Shown here: positions 50,841 through 60,000 of the stretch, piece after piece | Layout of the letters: each line of letters begins with the position of its first letter | How positions within the stretch are numbered: position 1 is the first letter of the stretch | DNA from: Amphiscolops sp. MND2022 | Taxonomy: Eukaryota | Assembly (NCBI GenBank): GCA_964187785.1 | Contig: OZ076409.1 | Location: 91,948,001-92,008,000, forward strand | Length of the DNA stretch: 60,000 nt | Reading direction: 5' to 3' | The notes under the pieces: generated by a model | The model's input: only the letters and a program-made list of their open reading frames with translations | Told to the model about the DNA's origin: nothing | The model's database searches: none | Translations under genes and position numbers: made by a program

Positions 50841-53800
50841 TTGACTTCTGTGGGAGGACACGACGTGGGTGAAGATAGTTCCGGTGCTGATGACCGCTTG
50901 AGGATCGTAGAGGAGTCAGATGATGCTGAACGTGAGGCAGTAGCTCATTCTCCTGCTGTTGCTGTTTCTGCCGGGCGACCTGTGGCTGGTTTTGGCCAGA
51001 TTGATGAGAGCGAAAGCGAGCAAGGTGATGCTGAAGGAGAAGGAAACGGTGATGATTCGGACCATTCCACTGAGAGTGACAAGAGGCATTCTTCGGACTA
51101 TCTATGCGACCGACAGGGTAAATCTCTAAGCTATTTGTTAGTGGCCAGCTAACAGTTTTATGCTAGTAATCAGACGCGTCATTCTTCTAATGGAATATGG
51201 GTTTGTGCAGAAGATAGTGATGATCCTCGCGATGTCGATTTTGTGCCTGGAAGTTCTGTCAGTGGTTCTGGTGGTCGCCGTAGCAAGCGACTACATTCTG
51301 CTCTCCCAGAGGTTACTACCAAGCGTTCGCGAGTTGCACCTTTGGATTCATCCGATGACGAGAGTAGTGATGACTCGTTGTTTCTGCAGTTGCCCGAGTC
51401 CGGTAGGTATCCGTTCTGTCATGGTCTTGGTAGTGTAGCATTATTGATATTGAGTACGAGGTATGTTTCTAGGTAGTACTCCCCTCTTGCCTGGTACTAG
51501 TGCTCCCAAGGAGCCTGGTCTCGCATCTAGCGCTGATGTCTGTGGAACTTCTGCCATTGTGAGTGGTGCCGCTACTTTGGATGATGGGCAATCTTCGGGG
51601 ACGGGTCGTGAGCGTACCCAACATACTCGGCCTAGTGTAGGTCTGGAGCGGTCTGTTCTCCACAATGAATGGGAGAAAGGTAATTTCAGCTGACATTCGA
51701 AGCTTTATTGTTATCTTTCACATGTCCTTCTGTGTATGGCGCTTTCGGCTTATGGCTCATCCTGGTTGATGTTTTCAGCTGGTCTCGCAGATGTTCCTTC
51801 TGGGGTTGTGTGTCTTTCTGTATCGCAGGTGCTGGCATTTGGGCAGGCAGCTGTTAGACTGGAACGGATTCAGAATCGGGAAAATGAGCGCAGTTTATCA
51901 CGACGTTAGTTCCTTTTTGTGGTTGAGTACGTTGTGTGTTTTGGGTTGTTCTATCACTTGGTCCGTTCTCACACTGTTGATTGTCTTGTCCAAGTGGATG
52001 TTTCGGTGTTTTAGTTGGTTTGTTTGCTTAGGTCTTACTGCGATCGTCCGCTTGTTGAAGTCGAAAGGAATATACATGCAGTCCAAACAGTCCCAGATGG
52101 ACGTGGAAGAGGAGACAAAACGCCGGCTCTATGCCAAGTATGAGAAGAGAAAGCGCCGACAAGTGGAGCGTAATGTATTGCGGAAAGAAATGGCTAGTCA
52201 TGCCCCGCCACAGTTATATGTGAGCCGCCGGTCCGACCGGAACCCCAATGGGTTCAATTGTGCTGTGTGTCATCGGGACGTTTCTTTCCTCAGTCGAGGT
52301 GAACCAGAGATTTGGCGTCACTTTACTCGCAAGAGCCATTTCGTAAAAGATTGTCGTTATCGTTTGGACCACGAAGATGTACTCTATACCACTCGATTTG
52401 ATGAGGTGCCTGTGTCTTCGATTTCTGCCGAGTTGCGAGCCGAGATAGAGAAAACTCCTGCTGTTGTCCTGGGGAAGAAAAATCCCTTCATAGAAGATGA
52501 GGTCGATGCTCTAGTGGGGGTGGTGTCAAACGTTCCGTCGTCAATCCTAGTCGGAGGCCTGTTTGAGTTGCTTCGTAGCGGGGGGTCTCATCGTTTCCTG
52601 AGACGGTTGTGGAGTCAGTTCCAGGCGGCCCTCCCTGTGGATTCTAGTTGCGCTCAAGCGACCTGGAGCAAGACAGAAACGTTGGTGATAATTGGACAAA
52701 CTCTCTATCCACGGATTCTTCGCCGGGTTCAAGGATGGATAAAGGACTCGTTCTTCAGTGTGAGTTTGTGGGACGATCAGGATGGGCTGCGATTTTACGT
52801 GCATTGTTTTGCAAAGGGCATTGTTTTGAGGTTTGTGTCTTGTGGGAACCCAATTTACCGGGTCTGTGATTCCGAGATTGTTGGTCTGTCTCGGGTGTTT
52901 GTTATCTTGCCTGCCGGACAGTCGCCTGTTTGCTTGCGGGGCTTTCTATCCACACTCTTCAATGTGGTGACTGAGTGGTGTGTCACTCAGGGTCGACCTA
53001 AACCTGTGTTCGTTTCTAAGTACACTCCGAAGGTGTTCAAAGAGCATGTTCAGGAAGCGGGCAAGAATGGTTCGAGTGCTTTGGACTGCTTTTCTCTTTT
53101 CGAGTATTTGTTATTGCGCCTGCACCGTGCCCTGAATCAGTCCTGGATGCTTGGACTTGCAACATTGCGGCGTTGTGTTCAGTAGCGAGACATCCCTTTC
53201 TCTTACCTCAGTGTTGTTTTTGATGAGATCGTCAGTCACTGGGGAGATATTAAGCTGTTCTTGGGCGAGGGTGTTGTTGTTTCAACATCCCGGAGCAAGG
53301 TTCCGCAGGACTTGAGTCAGATGGTGTTGGCTGATGACCAGATTTTGCCTCGACTTTGTGTACTTCAGGTGTTGGTTCTGTGCTCTATGGCCAATTTCGA
53401 GAATCAATTCGTGGCTGAGATTACACATTTAGTTGCCGAAATTACGCTGAATTCTGCTTCTTTTATTGGAGTCTGCTCAGCAAAGTTAAAAAGCTGTCTG
53501 ACTTGCCTTAAATTGATGCCTGGAGCGTCTATGTCGGCAAACTTTTGACGACCTGGCCGAACCTAGCATATGTGGAGTGTCTGGTAGGAGAACCCATTGT
53601 GGTGAAGGCACTGACTGGATGTACCCTTGCATTACGCTGTGCCTTTCTTCAAGAAAGTCACTCTCTGCGTATGGGTTTCTTGAGAGTGTTGAACGAGTCT
53701 GCCTTCATGAATTCTCGCCTTTCGTCCAGTTTGAGTTGTTTTTCGCCAGATATGTTACTCTTAGGCGAAGAATCATATGCTGTGGAGCTATTTCGCGGTC

Positions 53801-54651
53801 TGGTTGCTTTTTACCAAGAGTGTGGGCGGTTGACTGCTGTAGAAGTTGAAGGTTCCTGTAACGAATTCAAGTCGTTCTTGGTGGAGTTACGTCGTCGGAA
53901 TCGTCGAGTACTGTCTACCATCAAAGACACTTTTAGTCTCATGCGGGAGTCCGAGGCATTCGGTTGTCGAGACCATTTGTCACGGGTTGTTCAGTTGACC
54001 TCAGTTCTGGTGGTGCCGCGCGAAGTGTCGTATCCTGATATGGACATCTCGTTGAGTGGTGTGGCTGTTCCATCGAAGATTCTTACTTCAGCTATTCTGT
54101 CTGTGCAATCCTACGTTTCATTCTCTGGTTTCAGTTCTGGGCAATTGCTAACAAAAGACTGTCTGGACGATCTGAAGGCCAATCTTCCTGCTGGAAAAAA
54201 TTTTATTGACAATGCTACTTTCTCTCCGTGGACTCCGGTGTATCAGCATTGTCGCCAGGAGTTATACCGCAGCTTACGTGACTGTTTTGATGCATATTTT
54301 CTGGAGCGGATGGACGACTGGCGACATCGTTCGGGCACTTTGTCGAAATTGTCGGTTGCGGGAACTGGTGGTTCGAGTGTTTCTCCATCTGCTGAAGCTG
54401 CTGTTGCGAATCCTCAGGCCAGTTCCAGTGTGCTGTGTGATGCTGCCAGTTCGAAGGGTGTTTCTCCTGGTACGCCACCTCCTTCTGGTGCTGTTACCAT
54501 CGATAAGTCGCTACTGGTATGCAGTCCTGTGCGGTCAAGTGACCTTTCTCGGGTTTTGCAGCAGAGACGTCAAGAACGTAAAGAGATGGCATCCTCGGGG
54601 CAGTCTCCTTCAACTACCTCGAGAGACAAGAAGAAAGGGGGCAAGCGATGA
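50841..54651 (+). pseudogene. Antisense multi-exon accessory gene inside the gypsy element: acidic N-terminus, C2H2/BED-like finger, hAT-transposase-like body (~1100+ aa, with a few lesions)
   Basis: Exons (start near 50726-50841)..51117, 51211-51402, 51473-51679, 51779-51904, 52032-54651. All four introns are GT-AG, phase 1 and preserve the frame. Finger CAVC-x15-HFTRKSH. In-frame TAG at 53183-53185 and a frameshift near 53430-53545. Confidence 0.8.
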
Positions 54652-55295
54652 TGACTCTTTAGCCTGTTGAGACATTGAACTGTGTAATCCTTTCCAGTGT
54701 GTTATTTGATTGCTGTTGGCTTTCTTTGGCCTCTTTGTTACGTATTCATGTTGTTGAATGAGTCAAATTTGTTGAACTCTTGTAGTTAGTGTGGAAGTGA
54801 AATTTAAAAAACTGATATTCGTCCAAAGTGGGCGTGGAACGTCTTGTAGTATATTTTGTTCCTTGTATTGTTTTTCTTCTGAGTTCTTAGTGAAGTTCAA
54901 AGGAAGTTGAGATAATGTAGGTCAGTAGATGAGACGATTACAAAATCGGGTCGGCATTCAGTGGATTATAATACGCATAATCTTTTTTCCAGTTTGATGG
55001 AGGGTTTGCTCGTAGATTGTATTTATTTTTTCGGGGGGAGTTCTGGGTTGGGGTATCGTTTTCATTGGTATCGGGGTTGGCGTTTAATGGGGCATCTCCT
55101 GGGTGTTCATCTGGGTTAGGTTCCAGGGGAAAATCTCCTGGGCCGGTCGTTGGGGTGTTCGTTTGGGTGGGTAGATCTTCGGGCGACTCTGGAATTGTTA
55201 TTGTAGGTTCTGTTTGGAAGGGGGGGGGGTCGTTGAGGTGTAATCATCGAAATTTGACTGCCATGCCTGGGCGTATAGGTTGTCGTGGAAGACGT

Positions 55296-58200
55296 CTACT
55301 TCCTTGTCTGGATGTAATCTTTGGGCAAAACGGGTTTGTCTGGGAGTGATTTGTCGGTAGGGCATGGTTTCAAGCGAATCCTGTGTAGGATCTGTGTATA
55401 GTTTGTCTGTAGTTTTCGTATCAGGTAATTGTTGTTAGGGAGCACTTTGACAATAATATAGGGTCCTGTCCAGAGGTATTCTTTGAATGGTAGTTTGGTG
55501 CCCTGGGTATTCGCTTTTGGGTGCAAGGCGTAACAGTATTCGTTGACATTGAGGGGGTGGGCGTTCGCTTTTTTGTCATAATACTGTTTGTATCGCACGT
55601 ATGATTGCATTAAGTTTTTGTTCACCGCCTCCTTGATCTGCTGTGTTTTATGTAGAACGTCTTCTCCCATAATTGTCGTCGTAGTTGTAGGTCGTTTATT
55701 CCGTATGCCGAATTTGAGATCCAACACGTTGTATGGGATCCTCCCGTGAAACACTCGGCTGGGTTCGCATCCTAAGGAAGAGTGGTACGATGTGTTGTAA
55801 TTCAGCGCGGCGATGGCTACGTATTGGTGCCACATCGTCCGGCGTTCTCCTGTCGAGATTTTCAGCGATTCTTTTAGAGAGGCGTGGCTTCTTTCTAGGA
55901 TTCCGATGGTTTGGGCATGTTTAGTGGTAGCATGACGGAGCTGTAGGCCCAGAGTCCTCGTCGCGTCGGCCATGACTTCGGACATAAACTGAGTGCCCTT
56001 GTCGGTGATGACCGTAGTGGGGAGGTAGGCGTGACGGGTCATGATGTCGACCAAAAATTGGGCTACTGTGGGGGCGTCCGTTTTGACGACATTGTAGGTG
56101 AAGAGGTAGCGCGAGTAGACGTCCATTGCAGTGACAATCGCGTTATAGCCACCGGAAGGTTCATCAAACGGAACGATGTCCATTTGGAGTGCATCTTCTG
56201 GGCCTAGGGCTAGTTTGGAAGTGTCTATCATCGGTGGCGTAATGGATCGTTTGTCCGTTCGTTTGGTCTGCATGCAGTCGGTACACCTAGAGATGTGGTT
56301 TGCTATTCTGGCTGCCATGACTGGGTAAAAGTACTTCTCTCTGCATTGCTGTATTACCTTGGCTATTCCGGGGTGCTTGTTGGCTTGTCCTTGGTGCGCT
56401 AGCATGAAGGAGTCAACCAAATGTTCAGGTAACAGGATTTGCAGGAATTTGACTTTCCCTGCGTGGTCGTAATACTGTCGGTATAACAGTCCGTCTATTA
56501 GGATTATTCGGTTGGCTTGTGCGCTGTATTTGTCTGCTCGGGGGTCGGTTGCCAAGAGTTGTTCATTGTGAGGTTCTTTGAGCAAGCGGAGTTTGTAATT
56601 TCGCAGGACATTGTCTTGGTCCTGTTGTTGTCTCATGGTTTTCAACGGACCGTCGTATTCGTCGGTAGCCTTGGGTGGTCCTTGGGTTACGAGTATTTCC
56701 GTTTGAAATATGGTAACTTCTTGGTCATTGGTTGGTGTTTCGAGGTTGGTTTCGTCGGAGCAAGGTTCTTTATTGTTGTCGTCGGCGATTTTCTTTCGTG
56801 CACGGAGCTTGCGCTCCCATATTTTTTCTTCAGTTTCCATGTCGTCATCGGGCATGAAGAAGAATTGTTCTTCCTCTGCGACGTCGAATGACTGGATGTT
56901 GACCTGGATAGGCGTTGTTCGTATGTCATCTCTTATCGTGAGGTGGACCTTGTCTTTTGGATGAAGGTCGAGGCGGGACAGGAAGTCCGCGGCTGTGTTC
57001 ATTTTGCCCGGCACATGAGCAATGGTGAAGTGAAACTGAAGGACAAAATGGGACGCATTCCAGAGGGCCGGGGTGATGATTTTCGTTTGAAAAAAACGTG
57101 TCACGGATTTATTGTCAGTGAGGACGACAACCGGTTTGGTTGATTCCCAAAGAATGTGGCTATACTCCATGAAGGCGAAGTAGATGGCCAGAAATTCTTT
57201 CGCGTAGATCGACATTTTGATTTGTGACGGGGAGAACATTTTTGACCCGAATGCCACTGGTGCATAGGTTTTCCGGACCGAGCTGATTTTTTCTTCTGGG
57301 TTTTCTTCGATCATGAGGGCGTAGCCCGCGTTTTTGAAGTTGGCGTCGGTCATGAGCACATATTGTCTGTTGGGCATGGGTTGTTTGAGCCACAAGCCGC
57401 AGGCATTGTCCAATGATTTGTTGATGTTGGTGGAGGAGTTCATGATCTCGTTTGTGATCTTGATGGGCTTTTCGGCCTTGATGAGCTCGTGGAACGGGGC
57501 TATTTTTTCGGAAAGGCGAGGGATGTAATTCCTGTAGTAGTTCACGAAGCCGATGTAGCGCTGGAGGCCCTTTTTGGTCTTGGAAAAGTTCAATTTCTGT
57601 AAGTAGTTTTGAATCTTCTGGTCTTGTGGGGCGATTCCTTCCGGTGATACAGTCCGTCCAAGGAATTGGACTTCCTTGGCACCGAATTGACATTTGGCCA
57701 TTGTCAAACGCAGGCCTGCTTCGCGGACGCACTGGAAGACCTCACGCAGGTTGGTCTTCAGCTCCTCGGCGTTGTGGGTGGCAATCCCGATGTCGTCAAC
57801 GTACTGAGCACATTTGTCAGCCTTGATGACTCGATCGAGATATTCTCTCAAGAAGCTCGAGAAGGAGGAGAGGGACCTGCTGAGCCCTTGTGCGAGTCGC
57901 AGGTATGCGAATGTTCGACTGGCGAAATTGAAAGCTAGTAGTTCTACCGACTTTTTGTCTGCCATTTGCAAGACGTGGTAAGCCTGAGAGCAGTCTAGCT
58001 TGCAAAATAACTTCTTTCCGGCAAGATGTTGGGCAGCGTCCGAGAGAGTGCTGACCGGATGGTTGTTATTCGTATAGTCGTCAGCTATCAAATTGTTGAT
58101 CTTTCGGAGGTCGACTAACAGTCTGAGACGTCCGTATGGCTTTCTCTGGGCAAATATGGGACTTGCATATTTGCTAAACGGTAGTGTGGTAATGATGCCG

Positions 58201-59834
58201 TAATAGTGCATCAATGCCAGTTCTACCGTGAGATCTCCTTTGAGATTCACAGGGCAGGGCAGGCTCTGCGTGTACGCCGGCTGATCGTTTTTCGGGGTCA
58301 GCTTTATTTTGAAGTCGTGGTTGACGCCTATGTCTAGGCGGTGCCTGGCGAAGACGTCATGGTATTCAACTAGAATGTTCTCTATGTCAGCTCGGTCTTG
58401 GCTATTCAATTGGGAATCATCTCATTTAAAATTCTCGAGGAATTTTTGTCTGCTTTGAGGGCTTGTTGTTGGGTCCAGTTTTTGGATTTCCTCTAGTTCT
58501 TCGATTTCTCGGAGGATCCTTCTCTGAACGGGGGTGTGGGTTGATGTGTCTCCCGGGTTTTCTGGGGTTGGGAACCAGAACTGTTGGGTGGTCTCAGGTT
58601 TTTCTGTGGTTTTTAAGAGTTCGTTTACGTATTCAAGCGCCTGTTCCGAGTCGTCCTCAGTTAGGATTTTGAGCGCAGCGATGGGGATGGGTTTGATGTT
58701 CTTTGCTTCGTTGGGCGTTGTAATGTGAAATTCGGCTACCACTGTGTTCTTTTTGATGGTAAATGGGGTGGGTGAGGTGTTCGTGATCCGTATGGGTATT
58801 TTCATCTCGCGGACTGTGGATCGGGAGCTAGCGATCACTATTGGTTTGTCTTCGGAACAGGTTGGTACCGGGTGGATGACGCCTGTGGTGTCTGCGATAG
58901 CTCTTATGTTGACTAGGGCTTCAACTGTGATGCATTGATCAGGGGCCAGGGTTGTTTGGTTGAGGATGGTCACCTTGTGTGGTTTCGTTGGTTGTTCCTC
59001 GGACACAGGGTTTATTGCGTATGTTAGATGAGGAAAATGGATTAGACCCTGGCTGGCGTCGAGAATGGCGCTGTTGGTTTTGAGAAAGGTGAGGCCGAGA
59101 ATGGGGCAATTGATTTTGCTGGCTACTATAAATATCTATTTGAACGTCCAGTCGCCGATTTCAAACTGCACCTGGATAGTCTTGATCGGGGTTTCAATGT
59201 CGCCATTTGCGACCTGTAGTTTGAACGGCGGTGGATCAGATTCTTGTAAGAGATTGTTGGGGCTCATGGTTTTGAGTTTTTGGTACTCTTGTTCGGGCAT
59301 GCAATTGACCAAAGCTCCAGAGTCAATGAGGGCGTCAATGGAAAAATGTTGAAAATCCATCGGTGCGAATAGCATGCGTCTTTTCTGTTTGAGGGCAATT
59401 GCTGAAAATATTGGGAGGCATCGTTCTCCCGTTGGATTGTTTGTGGTGGTGATGTTGACCAGCTGGTCTTCATCCAATTGTATCAGTGGGTTATTGTCAT
59501 CTTGTTGGGTATTTACCGGTTTGGGGTCTGGGTGCGGATTTTGGTTGAATTCGCATGTCAGTGCCCGTTTGATCCGCCTTGTCTTTGGGGCTGTATTAGC
59601 GTTGATTGTATTTGCGGGATTGGTGGGAGGGTCCCCTGCTTTGCATGTAGTTGTCGGTCCTGTAATTGAGTTTGCTGGATGAACAGAGTTTTTCTTTATT
59701 GGGAGTTCGGGGCTTTGGGGGGATGATGGCGATGACGTCATTGCAGCCTGGATTTCATTTGTGGGTGCCGGAACTCTTGTGGGTGACCCGTATACGGTCG
59801 AGCTGGTGGTTTGTGGTTTGAGGATTGGTTTCAA
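55296..59834 (-). pseudogene. gypsy pol (protease, RT, RNase H, integrase) with two in-frame stops
   Basis: IDSGAL protease. RT ASPIF, RLLVDLRKIN, KLDCSQAY, QGL, YVDD. RNase H TDAN, KEFLA, TDNK, ADFLSR. Integrase H(mutated)-HPG-CTDC, QMD, TDKGTQF, GILER, and WTGPY. ORFs 59136-59834, 58422-59006 and 55296-58409 share one frame, separated by TAG (59136) and TGA (58422). Confidence 0.95.
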
Positions 59835-60000
59835 AGAAATCGTGGGGGTGGGACGATAACTTGTATTTCCTCGTCTTGTTCTTCGGCGTTTTGTACGGGT
59901 GAATGACTGGGGTTGCCATCGTCTTTCCGCTTTGTGGTGTCCAGGTTCATGTTTGTTTTCTTGGCGAATTCATGGAAGGGTACGTTGATCGTCTCTTTGA

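Larger units (their letters stand above)
47833..60000 (-). mobile_element. Ty3/gypsy LTR retrotransposon with accessory ORFs; 5' part lies beyond the window
   Basis: PR-RT-RH-IN order on the minus strand. The left end tgttgga (...tccaaca on minus) abruptly cuts a minisatellite unit at 47832. That the LTR-like left part belongs to the same element is inferred from orientation and contiguity. Confidence 0.75.

Noticed and set aside
51791..52031. Hydrophobic N-terminus of the 464-aa ORF as a transmembrane or env-like segment
   Set aside because: It is an out-of-frame reading of exon 4 plus T-rich intron 4. The spliced model removes it, and the ORF is antisense with a zinc finger, unlike env.
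58422..59138. In-frame stops in gypsy pol as programmed read-through sites
   Set aside because: They fall inside the protease and at a likely Trp position before RT rather than at a gag-pol boundary. Point mutations are the simpler explanation.

Overview
AT-rich eukaryotic (metazoan) genomic DNA with spliceosomal GT-AG introns. It is almost entirely transposon-derived and has a 200-N assembly gap at 42418-42617. The only host gene I can support is a minus-strand PAR-1/MARK kinase, seen as two exons (9160-9654 and a 54-bp exon at 1794-1847), so the left part of the window and possibly much more is intronic. The transposons present are: a decayed Tc1 element plus a partial duplicate; three Ty1/copia elements or fragments; a four-level nest of DNA transposons and a copia element with readable target-site duplications (17790-23989); LINE and BEL/Pao relics; hAT-, CACTA- and Tc1-type MITEs; and at least six copies of a Helentron-associated (HINE/DINE-1-like) repeat. 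The most notable item is a minus-strand Ty3/gypsy element (~47833 to beyond 60000). Between its integrase and its 3' LTR it carries a large ANTISENSE gene split by four frame-preserving phase-1 introns. This gene encodes an acidic disordered N-terminus, a C2H2/BED-like zinc finger and a region that looks like a catalytically degenerate hAT transposase. Its long LTR region also carries a ~210-aa ORF and what looks like the start of gag, an arrangement echoed by a second, unrelated LTR-like segment at 45010-47664. All calls are by eye; no searches or alignments were run.
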